Below, one piece after another: positions 19,393 through 32,100 of a stretch of DNA of 64,000 nucleotides. Each line of letters begins with the position of its first letter. The first letter of the stretch is position 1. The translations under genes were made by a program, and so were the position numbers. The stretch is from contig CAYUVA010000014.1 in assembly GCA_964448115.1 (NCBI GenBank), forward strand, positions 1-64,000. The letters are read 5' to 3'. The notes under the pieces are model-generated. The model ran no database searches, had not been told where the DNA came from, and was given only the letters and a program-made list of their open reading frames with translations. Origin of the DNA: an uncultured bacterium (GTDB lineage: Bacteria; CAYUVA01).

Positions 19393-22116
19393 TCATCTCA
19401 CATCGAGGTATGGCCACATGAAGCTGCGGTTGTCATCCACATCAGTGGCCATTAGTCCCAGTAAAAAGTAGCTCGGTTGCAGGTCCTTGTCGCCGAACAA
19501 GTAATCCCAGCCAAAGATACAATCCCCTCGCTCGAAGTCATCATGGAATCCATCATCGTAAAGCTCGATGCCTAAGCTGAATCCCCCGTAGTAAACCTCC
19601 ACCATCTCCACGGATTCACAGCCGCCCTGGTCGCTAAGCAGAGCCATGAAACGAAGCAGACTCGGCTTGCCAGCCTGAAGGTCGCTGTTCCAGTAGCCGG
19701 CGAGGAGAATGACCGGTCTCCCCCCGGGATCGATGGTGGGGCTTGGCGATGGTGTAAATGTGGGCGTAACCGTTGGGGTGAAGGTGGGGGGTCCCTGCTG
19801 CGTCCAGGTGGCGGTGGGCGTGAAGGTCGGCAATGGCGTCGGGGTTGGCGTTGGCGGCAGGTTGGTCCACGGCTCGTAGTCAACATAGTCGCTCACCTTG
19901 TCCCCCAAGCCATCCGGGTTGGTGCTCTCATGGTAAGGACCGCTTGGGTCCCCCCAGTAGTTGTGCTCTGCGTTTATTATCGCTGGCTGCTTGCGCTCCT
20001 GGCCTTGATTGAAGACACCATACTCGCTATTTCCGCTTACATTGCCGTTGTTGAGCACCACTGAGTCGCCGGTAGTCTGCGAGTAAAGACCGTACTGGTT
20101 GTCATAAAGGCTTAAGCCATCTGCATCCAGGTCGGTTCCATTCAGGTTTATGCCCCTGGTACATCCCTTGATTACCCCTCCCCTTATCACAACCGGCGAA
20201 GATGAGGCAGCGGTTATGCCGTTGTTGGGATTGTTTATTATGTTGCAGTTATCCAACTGAAGCCTTCCGCTACCGAATGCTGCCACCGCCGCCTCTACAC
20301 CGCAGGCGGTGAAATTGCAATCGGTCAATTGCGCCATTGCGCTATCGTGCACCGATAGGGCGGCTCCACCATGCTCCGAGTTGAAGCCTCCACCATAAAA
20401 CTGCGTATAATATATTATGGCGCTTCCGTTACCCTTAACCGAGATTCCACCGAAGCGCTTATAGACATTGTTACCTCGGAAGGTTACATTATAGTCGGTA
20501 TTGCCGTTCACCCGCAGGTTGCCATTCACTATCATGGCATCCGATTCCTGGTCAAAGAAGATATTGTTGCCTCCCCAGATAGTAAGCGTCTTGCCCTCTT
20601 GGAGGCTGACCTGCCCGAAGAGATAGGGCAGGGCGCTATTTGCCAGTGAGTTGTTGCGCTCTATCTCGGGACCCTGTATATAGATGCCATCAAAGCGAGA
20701 GTGCCCCACCGCATAGTTGTTCATGCACTGGGGAAAAACATTGCGCGAGTTGACCAGTATAGGTTGCTCTCCACCATGCAGGAAGCGATTGCCGGTGATC
20801 TCGGTCGTGCTGTTTGTCTGTACCCTTATGGTGCCGAAACAGTAGGTAAACTGGCAATCCTGGACGACTCCCCCGCTCGAATCCTTGTAGCTAATGGTCG
20901 TATTTTCCCGCTCGTGAAACCTGCCCCCCTTCTCGAAGATGCAATTGTAGAACTCCATAGTTCCATTTTCATAGGCGGTAAAAGCCCCCCATCCCTCGTC
21001 GGGACGCAGCGGGAAGAATCGCACCTTGCCAGCCTTTGCCTGTCCAACAACCAGGTTACCCCTGACATCGATGCGGCTCGGTCCCTGCTCGAAGTATATG
21101 GTAACACCGGGATCGATCTGAAGCGTAGCCCCGTCGCTGATATCAAAGCCGGGAACCTCGAAGCCAAGATTGCCCATGATGGTGCTGTCATGGGTAACAT
21201 TGCCAAATATCACCTTTACCCTATTGCTGGTTGCGTTGCGCTGGGCAGTGTTGTTGAACAAGGCGGGGAAACGCCCAGCAGCGTTTATCTGCATCGGGTA
21301 GTCGTGCCCGTCGCTGAAGCTACAGTTGTTCACGCTGCTGGTCTCCGAAGAGTCGAAGTAAACCGCTCCCTTGCAGCGTATAAAATCGCAGTGATCCAGG
21401 TTTATCCTGGCAGCCTCCTCCACCGTGATGCAGCGATAGCCGGTTACCGAGAACTTGCCGCCATCAGATACCTGCGTATAGGCGAAGTTGCCAGTCCCGT
21501 TCCCCTTGAAGTGGATGCCAGACCAGTCGTTTTGTGGCGAGGCAGCCGATAGATATACCGGGGACATCGAGGTTCCCATCGTATTCATCGTGCCCTCGAC
21601 CTGGATGCGCGAGTCGTACTCCATGAAACGGACATAGCAGTTCGGCTCAATCGTTAAGGTCAATCCTGGCGGAATGCGTAACAGGTGAAAGACGCGCAGG
21701 ATCTCATCGGTATGCCAGGTCAGATTGTCTGCCAGGAAATCTCCGCTTATCTCGCCAGCAACCCCGCTGTCCTCGATAGGTTGACCAATATTCTGCCATT
21801 GTCCGCCCTGGAACTTCTGGAACTGCAAGCGATAGGTATAGCTTGCATTATATGTCAATCCACCATCTCTCAGGTAGCGATCGCCATTGGTGTACCAGGT
21901 CCACTCGCTGGGATGATCGCTATTTCGTATCAATATATAGCGCTCCGTCTCCGGGGTGAGGATATTATCGATCACCAGGTGTATATCGATAGTGTCATTG
22001 CTCACCACTGCAATCTCCAGGCTCGCTTTAGCGCAATAGCCGCTTGCCGGCAAGCCAAGAACCGCGATAAAACATAGCATCAACGCAAAGCTCATCTTCG
22101 CTTTGTATATCAACAT
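19393..22116 (-). CDS. Secreted right-handed parallel beta-helix protein with Pro/Thr linker and C-terminal AGY...WPYL module
   Basis: AAGGAG RBS, signal peptide, repeated WSGIHF/WGAF/FGGI beta-helix units, NAEHNYWGDPSGP..GDKVSDYVDYEPW, PTPTP linker, C-terminal module at about 19396-19716. Confidence 0.8.
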   Translation of the reverse strand: MLIYKAKMSFALMLCFIAVLGLPASGYCAKASLEIAVVSNDTIDIHLVIDNILTPETERYILIRNSDHPSEWTWYTNGDRYLRDGGLTYNASYTYRLQFQKFQGGQWQNIGQPIEDSGVAGEISGDFLADNLTWHTDEILRVFHLLRIPPGLTLTIEPNCYVRFMEYDSRIQVEGTMNTMGTSMSPVYLSAASPQNDWSGIHFKGNGTGNFAYTQVSDGGKFSVTGYRCITVEEAARINLDHCDFIRCKGAVYFDSSETSSVNNCSFSDGHDYPMQINAAGRFPALFNNTAQRNATSNRVKVIFGNVTHDSTIMGNLGFEVPGFDISDGATLQIDPGVTIYFEQGPSRIDVRGNLVVGQAKAGKVRFFPLRPDEGWGAFTAYENGTMEFYNCIFEKGGRFHERENTTISYKDSSGGVVQDCQFTYCFGTIRVQTNSTTEITGNRFLHGGEQPILVNSRNVFPQCMNNYAVGHSRFDGIYIQGPEIERNNSLANSALPYLFGQVSLQEGKTLTIWGGNNIFFDQESDAMIVNGNLRVNGNTDYNVTFRGNNVYKRFGGISVKGNGSAIIYYTQFYGGGFNSEHGGAALSVHDSAMAQLTDCNFTACGVEAAVAAFGSGRLQLDNCNIINNPNNGITAASSSPVVIRGGVIKGCTRGINLNGTDLDADGLSLYDNQYGLYSQTTGDSVVLNNGNVSGNSEYGVFNQGQERKQPAIINAEHNYWGDPSGPYHESTNPDGLGDKVSDYVDYEPWTNLPPTPTPTPLPTFTPTATWTQQGPPTFTPTVTPTFTPSPSPTIDPGGRPVILLAGYWNSDLQAGKPSLLRFMALLSDQGGCESVEMVEVYYGGFSLGIELYDDGFHDDFERGDCIFGWDYLFGDKDLQPSYFLLGLMATDVDDNRSFMWPYLDVR

Positions 22117-22154
22117 CGCTCTTCTCCTTAGCAATTCTTCACCATGAGTATTCT

Positions 22155-23777
22155 CTATTCAAGCGCCCAAAGATAAGGCCAGAGCTTGCTTTGCAGCCCA
22201 GCATCATCGGTTGCCATAAGCTCGAGCAGGAAACGCTGAGCTGGATATCCGCGATTTATATAAAGATTGGGTATCGCAAAAACACCGCCGCCAAGGTCAT
22301 CCAGGCTAAGCCCAATAGGGATTCCCTTATAACAAATTTCCATCGAGACCACCGATTTGCCCTGCTGACCAACACCATAGCCCAAGATGAACATTATTCC
22401 GCCTTGTTGGGTGGTGATGCGCGTGTTCATGTAGCCGGCAGCGGCTATCTTGGGGGCTGCCGGGGTCGGTGTTGCTGTCGGAGTAGCGGTGATGGTCGGC
22501 GTGGGAGTCGGTGTATCGGGGATGGAATGAGCATAGTAGATCTCACCACTTGGTTGTTGTTCATTTGCCCGCTCAATCCAGACCAGCCCGAGGTAATCCT
22601 CCTGCTCGAATAGCAGCGGATCGAGCTGTGCGCAAAGAGCGCGCTGGGGAGTAACCTTTTTAGGCTCAACGCTGAATGACTCTCCATAGTCCTTACTACA
22701 TGCGTACTTGAGCATCGGCTTTAGAAATCCGCCCTGGTAGTCATTCCATACTACATTGATCACATCCTCATCATCGATGAGCATATCGCACTGGTAATGA
22801 TCATAAAGCTGCACGCCATTTAGCCTCTTAAAGCCATGCCAGCTCTGTCCATAATCGGATGAACGCATGAAGAAGATATGATTATAAAGCTCATCGCTTA
22901 GCAATCCGCTCCAGGCGATGTTCACCCCGCCGCGGCTATCGGTTGCGATAGCCGGCCTTAGCTGTTCAACATCCGAGCCTTGAGGTCGAACCTGGCTGTA
23001 TGAAAAACCAGACTCCAAGGATGGCGACCTGCCGACCCAAACCATCTGGTCATGGACATAAGCCAGGTAGATGATGCCGCTGGGTTGATCGATGACAAGA
23101 TCAGCATCATTCACCCTTCCCGGCGTCTCGATGAGCGTCTGTCGCTCCCAGTACCTTCCATCGCTCTGCGAACGGGCATAGACAAGGCGATCCTCAGCCT
23201 CGCCCAGATGGCTATACTCCCAGAGACACAGCAGGCTACTGCCCCCCAGGTGGCGTAATATTGGACTTTGATTGATAACATTGTTGCCCGTGTTGGAACT
23301 GACCACGAAGGGGATTTCATTAAAGGTTGACCCTCCATCGAGCGAGCGCAGCATATAAAGGTCGGAGCGAACCTGGCTCGCCTGGGGCTTGCTAACATAG
23401 ACGAAATATATGCCCATACCTTGAGCTGACAGGGTAACATCAGTGGAAACTAGTTCAACCGGGCTGCCTGCCTCGGTACTAAGGATGGTTGCCGGTTCAC
23501 TCCAGCTTTTTCCATTATCCAGGGATATGCTAGATTCAATAAAATAGATTCCATCACTCGATCGCTCCACCCAGGCGACTGCGATCACACCTGTATCCGC
23601 CGATATAGCCACCGAAGGCGCTCCTCGATAGGCAATACCATTGGTGGATCCGCTGACCAGCACCGGCTCGCTGAAACTTAAAGGGAAACAGATAACGGGG
23701 AGTGAGAGCACAAGACAGCAGACCATCATGGCTGTAACGATTCGGCAACTATTGCTATTTCCCATCGATGCAATCAT
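22155..23777 (-). CDS. Secreted Asp-box (BNR/sialidase-like) beta-propeller protein with Pro/Thr linker and C-terminal AGY...WPYL module
   Basis: Asp-boxes SLDNGKSW, SLDGGSTF, SSDYGQSW, SKDYGESF; TPTPTP linker; module at about 22158-22454. Confidence 0.8.
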   Translation of the reverse strand: MIASMGNSNSCRIVTAMMVCCLVLSLPVICFPLSFSEPVLVSGSTNGIAYRGAPSVAISADTGVIAVAWVERSSDGIYFIESSISLDNGKSWSEPATILSTEAGSPVELVSTDVTLSAQGMGIYFVYVSKPQASQVRSDLYMLRSLDGGSTFNEIPFVVSSNTGNNVINQSPILRHLGGSSLLCLWEYSHLGEAEDRLVYARSQSDGRYWERQTLIETPGRVNDADLVIDQPSGIIYLAYVHDQMVWVGRSPSLESGFSYSQVRPQGSDVEQLRPAIATDSRGGVNIAWSGLLSDELYNHIFFMRSSDYGQSWHGFKRLNGVQLYDHYQCDMLIDDEDVINVVWNDYQGGFLKPMLKYACSKDYGESFSVEPKKVTPQRALCAQLDPLLFEQEDYLGLVWIERANEQQPSGEIYYAHSIPDTPTPTPTITATPTATPTPAAPKIAAAGYMNTRITTQQGGIMFILGYGVGQQGKSVVSMEICYKGIPIGLSLDDLGGGVFAIPNLYINRGYPAQRFLLELMATDDAGLQSKLWPYLWALE

Positions 23778-23893
23778 CCCTGTATCGTAATGTCTAAAAC
23801 TACATTATACAAGATTCTCAGGTAAATTTCATTTTGGTGATTGACCTGGCTGGAATGATAAGAATCAGGGCTTAAAAGGAGCTATAGACGATG

Positions 23894-26239
23894 CTAGTTC
23901 TCATTTATCAAAGAAAGCTCGAAGGCTTGATTTATGTTATTTATGTATTTTATCTCCAAGCCCTTGATAATATGCTTCGGTATCCCGGAGACCTCCGGTT
24001 TATTCTTGGATGGCAAAAGCACCACCTTCATACCAGCTCTCTTGGCAGCTACCAGCTTCTCCTTCAGTCCACCTACCGGCAGTATCTTTCCTCGCAGGGT
24101 TATCTCGCCGGTCATGGCTACATCGCAGCGCACCTTTTTTTGTCCAAGCACCGAATATAGTGCTACTGCAAGCGGCACCCCCGCCGAGGGACCGTCCTTT
24201 GGAACCGCTCCTTCAGGGATATGTATATGTATATCGAGATCCTCGAAGAATGCCGCATCCAGCTTCAGGCTATCGCACTGGCTTCTTATGTAACTCAGCG
24301 CAGCCTGTGCCGATTCCTTCATCACATCCCCCATCTGCCCGGTCAGAGAAAGCCCCTTTTTGCCTTTCATCTTGATAGCCTCCACGAAGATGATCTCGCC
24401 TCCGGCGACAGTCCAGGCGAGCCCGGCAGCTACGCCTATTTCAGGCACCTTTTCCGCTTTTTCCATGTAGAATTTAGGCGGACCAAGGTATTCCTCAACT
24501 AATGCCCTGGTCAAAGAAACCTTGACCTGCTTACCCTTAGCAGCCTCCACGGCGACTTTTCGGCATATCTTTGCTATCTCTCTTTCAAGGTTTCGCACCC
24601 CGGCTTCGTCAGTATAATTCTCAATAATTGCCATGATGGCTGCTTTTGAGAAGCGCAGGTTATCAGCCTTGATGCCATGCTCCTTAAGCTGTCGCGGAAT
24701 AAGGTACTTGCGGGCGATGATATATTTCTCCTCATCGACATATCCAGGCAGTCGGATAACCTCCATTCGATCCATTAGTGCTCCCGGTATCGTATCCAGG
24801 ACATTTGCCGTGGTGATGAACATGACTTGCGATAGATCAAAGGGGTGCTCTATGTAGTGATCGCTGAACTGGTTGTTCTGCTCCGGGTCGAGCACTTCGA
24901 GTAAAGCAGAAGATGGATCGCCCCGAAAGTCTATGCCGAGCTTGTCAATCTCATCCAGCATGAAGACCGGATTCTTGGCACCAGCTCTTTTAATCCCTTG
25001 TATAATCCTGCCCGGCATTGCGCCGACATAGGTTCGCCTGTGCCCTCTTATCTCAGCCTCATCCCTGATCCCGCCAAGTGATATGCGATAGAACCTTCTT
25101 TTCGTTGCCCTGGCTATCGATTTCCCAAGCGATGTCTTGCCGACTCCAGGCGGTCCCACCAGGCAGAGGATTGGGCTTTTCATATCATCCTTGAGTTTTC
25201 TTACCGCAAGATATTCGAGAATCCTATCCTTAGCTTGCTCCAGGTTGTAGTGGTCTGCCTTGAGGATCCTTTGTGCACGCTCGATATCAATATTTTCCTT
25301 GGTCTGTTTTGACCAGGGAAGCGCAACCAACCAATCCAGGTAGTTTCTGATTACGATATACTCGGCAGCCATGGGAGGCAAAGAGACCAGCCTTTCCAAC
25401 TCGGCAACCGCCTCGACCTCGACCTGCTCGGGCATCTTGGCTTTTTTTATCTTGCGCATGTACTCGCGATACTCGACCTCTTCCTCGTCCTCTTCGCCTA
25501 GCTCCTCTCTTATCGCCTTTAGCTGCTGTCGAAGAAAAATCTCCCGCTGCGAGTCCCGGATCTCATCCATAGCCTGATCTTGAAGTTTGCTGCTTAGCTC
25601 AGCGATCTTTATCTGGTTATTAAGATGCTGGAGGATGCGCTTTATCCTCTTGCTCAGATTGAGCGTTTCGAGCAGCGATTGGGCTTCACGCGTCCTGAGC
25701 GAAAGGTTCATTGCCACCAGGTCGGCTAGTTTGGCTGGATCCTCGAGGTTAAGCGCCATGATATTCAGCTCCTCTGGAAGATTCTCCGATAATGAGATCA
25801 GCTTCTGGAATTGGTTCAAGAGCTTTTGTTCCAGCGCTTTTTGATGGTTGTTCTCCGCTACAATATCCGGCACCACCTCGACCTTGGCGATCGGATATGG
25901 ATTCTCTCGCAGGATATCAAGCAGTTTTATTCGATTAATCCCCTGGATAATAACCCGGTAGGTGTTATCTGGCATGACAAGTTTTTTAAGCACCAGGGCA
26001 GCAACACCGTAGTCATATAGCTTGATCTTCTTAGGATCTTTTATTCGTTCATCCTTTTGGGATACGAACCCAACTATGCGATCCCCCTCAAGTGCCTTCT
26101 CGATGATCCTTACATCGTTCTCATCTTCGAGCATCAGAGGGATGATAGCGCTTGGGAACATGACCACCCCCCTCAAGGTTATCAAGGGGAGCTTTTCTGG
26201 TATCTTGATTTCTGGGGATTCGCTGAAATCCTGAAACAT
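23894..26239 (-). CDS. lon: ATP-dependent Lon protease
   Basis: GPPGVGKTS, RRTYVGAMPGRI, MLDEIDK, PKDGPSAG, MTGEITLRG, GGLKEK; GGAG RBS before ATG 26239. Confidence 0.97.
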   Translation of the reverse strand: MFQDFSESPEIKIPEKLPLITLRGVVMFPSAIIPLMLEDENDVRIIEKALEGDRIVGFVSQKDERIKDPKKIKLYDYGVAALVLKKLVMPDNTYRVIIQGINRIKLLDILRENPYPIAKVEVVPDIVAENNHQKALEQKLLNQFQKLISLSENLPEELNIMALNLEDPAKLADLVAMNLSLRTREAQSLLETLNLSKRIKRILQHLNNQIKIAELSSKLQDQAMDEIRDSQREIFLRQQLKAIREELGEEDEEEVEYREYMRKIKKAKMPEQVEVEAVAELERLVSLPPMAAEYIVIRNYLDWLVALPWSKQTKENIDIERAQRILKADHYNLEQAKDRILEYLAVRKLKDDMKSPILCLVGPPGVGKTSLGKSIARATKRRFYRISLGGIRDEAEIRGHRRTYVGAMPGRIIQGIKRAGAKNPVFMLDEIDKLGIDFRGDPSSALLEVLDPEQNNQFSDHYIEHPFDLSQVMFITTANVLDTIPGALMDRMEVIRLPGYVDEEKYIIARKYLIPRQLKEHGIKADNLRFSKAAIMAIIENYTDEAGVRNLEREIAKICRKVAVEAAKGKQVKVSLTRALVEEYLGPPKFYMEKAEKVPEIGVAAGLAWTVAGGEIIFVEAIKMKGKKGLSLTGQMGDVMKESAQAALSYIRSQCDSLKLDAAFFEDLDIHIHIPEGAVPKDGPSAGVPLAVALYSVLGQKKVRCDVAMTGEITLRGKILPVGGLKEKLVAAKRAGMKVVLLPSKNKPEVSGIPKHIIKGLEIKYINNINQAFELSLINEN

Positions 26240-26281
26240 CAAGTGTCTCCGTATATTCAAATTCTTTCAACAATGCAAGCA

Positions 26282-26310
26282 TCTATAATGAACTGTTGAA
26301 CCATTGTCAA
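26282..26310 (-). promoter_or_regulatory. Putative sigma70 promoter of lon
   Basis: Minus strand TTGACA, 17 nt, TATAGA. Confidence 0.45.
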
Positions 26311-26451
26311 GGTGCTTTTATCTTGCTTATGATTAAAGATTATATTGCCTTTAGCTCAAGGGAAATTGCCTTGAATATTGTATTATGTGGAAGAACTCGC
26401 ATAAGCAAAAAAGTCTTAATCGATCTGAAAATCTGTTGAATTCAAACTCTA

Positions 26452-27035
<584 letters not shown>

Positions 27036-27043
<8 letters not shown>

Positions 27044-28619
27044 GCCGGTTCGTTTCTCTGAGCATAAAAAGTGCTGCCCCATTGTCGAAATATCTGATCG
27101 GCTGGTAATTTTGCTGAAAGCGATAGCCATTCACCAACTCGATATAGCCAGGATATGGTAAGCCGAAGTAGGTATTCTTTATGTATGGCGATAGGTATAT
27201 CCACTCGATGGGGATGTAATCCTTATTGCAGCGCCATATATCATGTGCGGGGATTATTGGGCGCATACATCGCCTCCGCGCATCGGTTGCCACTATCCAT
27301 GAGATATCTGACAAGACCATGTCATTTGGGGGGATCAAGCCCTTTAATACCAGCATATTACGGCGATCAGCCTCAAGATAATAGTATCCATGTTCACTTG
27401 TGATTTCTCGAAATAAAGGGATACTGATCACGACCAGCAAGCCTGCGGAGATAGCATGAAAAGCTATTGAGTAAGAATTATTCCTAGCGGTTATCCCCTC
27501 CAGCGCCCTTTTTACTCCAAAAAATGCCAGTGGAATCATCAAAGGAACCAGGTGGAAATAGTAGCGCGGGGTCTGGAGGATAAAGTTGTATGCCAGGATC
27601 TGGCTAATCAAAACCAGGAGCAATGCCTTGTAAAATAACCGACGACGCTTATCCCCAAGTCCAAAATAGCCCCATATCGCCAATGGAAAAAAGACCATGT
27701 ATTCCTTGAAGATAAAATCAGCATCCAACAACCTCGCCATCTCATTGAGCCATTTGCTGATATACCTGCTTGGATATTGGGCATATAACGCCGGGATGGA
27801 TAGAGCCTGTAGCCGACATCCGAGATCGACCCATGCGCGATCAGGCGAGAAGTATATTGCAAGGTTTCTAACCAGGCTGAAATTGAAAAAGGGCTTGCCA
27901 GAGTAATGTATATTATGCGCCAGCAAGGGTGATGCTACGGCTAAAAATAAGGCAAACAATATGGTTAAGCCCCGCGCTCGAAGACGCCTGCTTCCAAGTA
28001 TGAATAAAAACGCTATTGCTGGAATCGATAACAGGATGTTGCTCCTTTGCAGATATCCAAGCCCCAAAAAAATCCCTGATAGAGCTGCATGTATCGGCTT
28101 TCGATCCCGAAGATATAAATATAAAAAAATGAACAAAGCGGTATAAAGAAAGGCAAACCCAGACTCGGTCATGCCGTTTATGCTATAGGTTAATATGGAG
28201 TTGCATAGAAGATATCCTAATGAAGATAAAAAGCCTATTCGATAATCGAACAATAAAGACCCCAAAATATAAATCAGAGCCACGGTTGCAATAAAAAAGA
28301 AGCCGGAAACGGCAGCGGCGATGACCTGGTAATTTGCTGCCCCAAACATGGACATAAGAAAAGCTAATAACAACGGATGCAGCCAAAAGCGGTGCAGGTT
28401 GGGGATATTATCATCGAATAATCCATTTTGCGCATAAAATGGCACCTGGTGAGGGAATACCTGTAATGTCGAGTTGCCCTTGCCAGCCTCAATCTGCATA
28501 GCGATCTGAGCATAGTCGTAGGCATCTGGTATCATAAGCCCGCGATACACCAATGAGAAATAGACACTCCAAACCGCAACTGCCAGAAAGATGATTAGAA
28601 CCAAGCCCCTATTTTCCAT
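27036..28619 (-). CDS. GT-C fold glycosyltransferase (ArnT/PMT, GT39-like)
   Basis: PDAYDYAQIA, many TM helices, GMTES, GLGYLQR, PRYYFHLVP. Confidence 0.75.
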
Positions 28620-28754
28620 TATTGATATAATAACACCCCTACCAGCTAATTGGAATCACCATCTGGCTGTTTGTGGCGCGCCACAGGGCTATTCCATTGA
28701 ATCCGTTGAGCTTTATTATGCCAATGGGACTACTCCGCTGGGGATCTTCCTCGA

Positions 28755-29145
28755 GAAGGTTCTATAATTGGTATATCGGAATATCAAAAGAACTATTGAG
28801 AATTATTAAACCTGGTGGCTTTTTTTTCTCATTCTCCTGTCCAAGACTTTATCATCATATGGCGCTTGCAGTCGAGGATGCTGGATTTTTAATCAGAGAC
28901 TGTTTTATTTGGCTATATGCGAGTATTTAATCGCCTTAACGACCTTTTCAGAAGCTGCCATCGTACTTGATCCTTTTGTTGGAAGTGGAACTGTCGCAAT
29001 CGCTGCAAAGAATCTAGGCAGAAACTTTATAGGTATAGAAATAAATCAAGAGTATGTTGAGATTGCAAACAGACGCCTAAAAGAAACGACAAAAAAATCT
29101 ATAAACAAACAAGATGAATGTTTTAATCCATTGATCAATTTATAA
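28755..29145 (+). pseudogene. Remnant of an N4/N6 DNA methyltransferase with internal deletion and frameshift
   Basis: ELLRIIKPGG...EDAGFLIRDCFIWLY in one frame abuts LAICEYLI...VLDPFVGSGT...GRNFIGIEINQEY in another; the catalytic DPPY N-terminus is absent. Confidence 0.75.
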
Positions 29146-29156
29146 GATTTGCTCCC

Positions 29157-32100
29157 TCACCTACATGTCACCTGCAGGGTATAAGATGCTGGCGTTTCTT
29201 GCTCGCCATCGACTACGATGTAGTAAGTCCCGCCTATTATAATCGGCAAGGTAACCTCATAGTCCCCCCATGCCCAGCAATACTCCTCGCTGCAGCCTAG
29301 CATCTCGTTGCCGTAGATAATGAATACATCGACATCTGCGCCACCTGCGGTCAGGGTTACCGTGATCTCCTCGACTGATCCCTGCTCGATCTCAAGCGCA
29401 TGAACCATCTCAGGTCCGCTCATTAGGGCAGAGTCGGTGCAATGTCCACCGTACTGCTCAACATTCGCATTTCCATTAGCCGTGTTGCCGCTGTAAACGC
29501 CACCGCATGAAAGATTGACTGGGTTGCTGCAATCAAGCTCTCCCGGCATCGGTGTCATGGTGATGGTTACAGTAATTGCCGGCGTCGGAGTCGGTGTATC
29601 TGCTCCACCGGTAGGGGTTGCTGTCGGTGTGCGGAATGGCTGGCAGGATGTCTTGAGCGTATAAGCTCCATAATCGCTATCCCTGTAGCCGTCAACCACG
29701 ATGAAATATCGCCCGGCAACAGCATCCTCAACGGTCAGGGTTCGCTTGTACGCGGAGGCGACCTCTCCTTGCGCGTAGCAGTGGTTCTCGCTGCAAGAGC
29801 TTAGCAAGAAGAAATTTAGGCTCTTGGGATGGTACCCGCTCAGCTCGATGCCTAGATCTCCATCCGAGATCCAAAGCTCGTGCACCACCTCCCTGCCAAA
29901 GAACTGGTCGAACTCCTCGCAGCTATAACTATCGATATCGCTGCTCCCTAAGCTGCTGTCCCCGGTGTATGGAGAGTTGCACTGTATGATCACCGCGTCG
30001 CTGCAATCGAGATCTCCCGGCGGATTGGTCGGCGAAGGGGTTGCTGTCGGCGTCGGAGTCGGCGTTGCGGTGCCCCCAGCGGTGATTGTCAGATATGGCC
30101 ATAGGTAGCTCTCGTTACCTGCCTGGTCTCTTGCCAGGATCTCAAGCAGGTAGGAACCAGGAGCGGCTCCTGGATTGATGCTGGTCGCTAGCGTATAGAG
30201 ACTATCATTCGCTGTCGCATCGCCCTGGCTGCCGTCATCCTTCAGAAAGACGCCGGTCGGTGCGCTATCATAGAATATCTCCACATTCTGGACATCCTCA
30301 TCCGGGTCGGTTACCCAGGCGATTAGGTTGAACTTGCCCCCGCTGGCAGTGGTTATGTGCGTATCCATATATCCAGCCAGATTAACGAAGGGGCGGCTAC
30401 CTCCCTTGCAAGGAACCCCCTTCCGTTCACGGGGGGGATTGAGGGGGGGGATTTGACTATAACATTCAACATTATCCATGCCGCTAACGGTGGCTAGATA
30501 ATGCTGCTGCCAGGAGTCGATGGGCAGCCTGAATTGCGATGCGAAAAGGTTCTCTGGGGTGGCTGCATTCCCCGATTTATCCGGATAAGGCTCGCTATCG
30601 AAGCTCTTTATCTTAAGATATGGAAAAAGGTTGCTTACATAGCCTTGTTTGTTGGTAGCTACCGCTTCAAGGAGATACAGCCCTTGCGGTGGCTTATCCG
30701 AGGGGGAGAAATTAGCTGTGAAACCGAACACGCCATCGGATGCTGCAAAATCCCCGCTCTGCCCGTCATCGCGGAACAATGCTCCAGTAGGCTTGCCGTC
30801 AAAGTACATCTCGACTGTGGCGATATTATCCGCACCGCGCACATCGCTTACCACGAGCAAGAATTTAAGCTCTCCGCCGCTGTAATGGGTAACAATAGTA
30901 TCCATATATCCGCCGGCGAGGATGGTTGGGGGACCGGATGCCTGTGGCTGTCCTTTGAGCGTGCGCATGAATATACCGCCGATGGAGTCCTCCCAGATTA
31001 TATAGAATGTATCCTTGTATCCAGCCACAGCGGGGAACTCCAGGCATTTCTCGACCACGGGCACGATAAATGCCTCATCGGGAAGATTAGTTCCCTGGGT
31101 TACATAACAGATCAGCTTATCGCTTGCGTTGGTTACGCTGCAAGAGCCGGTATCATTCAGCTTCATATCCGGAAATACATCGAAGACCTGGATTATCTGC
31201 TGTTCAATGTCGATATTCTCTACAGCCTTATGCATCCATTGCGAGCCGTCGAAAAGCCCGTAGCCATAATGGCTCAGGTAGAAGAAAACCTCGTAAAGGG
31301 CGGAATAAATCGGGTACCCGATGTGCACGCGATCCTGATCATCGACCTCGACCCTGAGCGCGCCAGCCCAGTTGCCCCATGATGTAACCTGTTCGATCGC
31401 CCCCCAGACTCCGCCGCTTTTCTTGCGCCAGAAGACCTCGGCTGCGTCCATATTGCCCACCGGGCTGTACCAGGCAACATAAACCTCGCCCTTTGAGTTT
31501 ACCCCGATGCCAGCCTTTTCGCCATAGACCGCCCGATTGGAGATGACAAAGGCGGGGTCGTTGGGCGGGGGAAGCCACTGCCCGCCGACCCTTTGAACAT
31601 AGCAAATAAGATCATACCCATCCATGGGATCGTTGGGGGCATAAGTCTCTACGAAAGCAATATGTATATTGTCCGAGTTATCTATGGCGATATCAGGCCA
31701 GGATGACCAGTTAGTCTCGCCGTGGCTGACATACTCTGCCTGCGGCATCCACTGTTTGTTGGTCATGCGATTGTAGTATATGGGACCGGTCTTGGGTCGC
31801 CCCAGGCTGCACCAGACAACATGGGGATTGCCCGCGCTATCCAATGCGATGCGCGCTCTGCCGAACTGCCAGTCAGCCTGAGTCGGAGCCGGAACCACAT
31901 CCGGCAGCGAGGTATCCCACGCCGGGGGATCAACCCCGTTCCACTGGCTCAGCAGGTACTTGCGGTAGTAGATGACATTGGTCACAGAAAGGGTAACAAC
32001 ATGAAGATCACCGTTATCATCGAAGGCGGCATGGGGATACCTGGAGCCGATCTGCATGTTCACGATAGGACCCAGGTTTATATCGCCATAGCCGGCTGTA

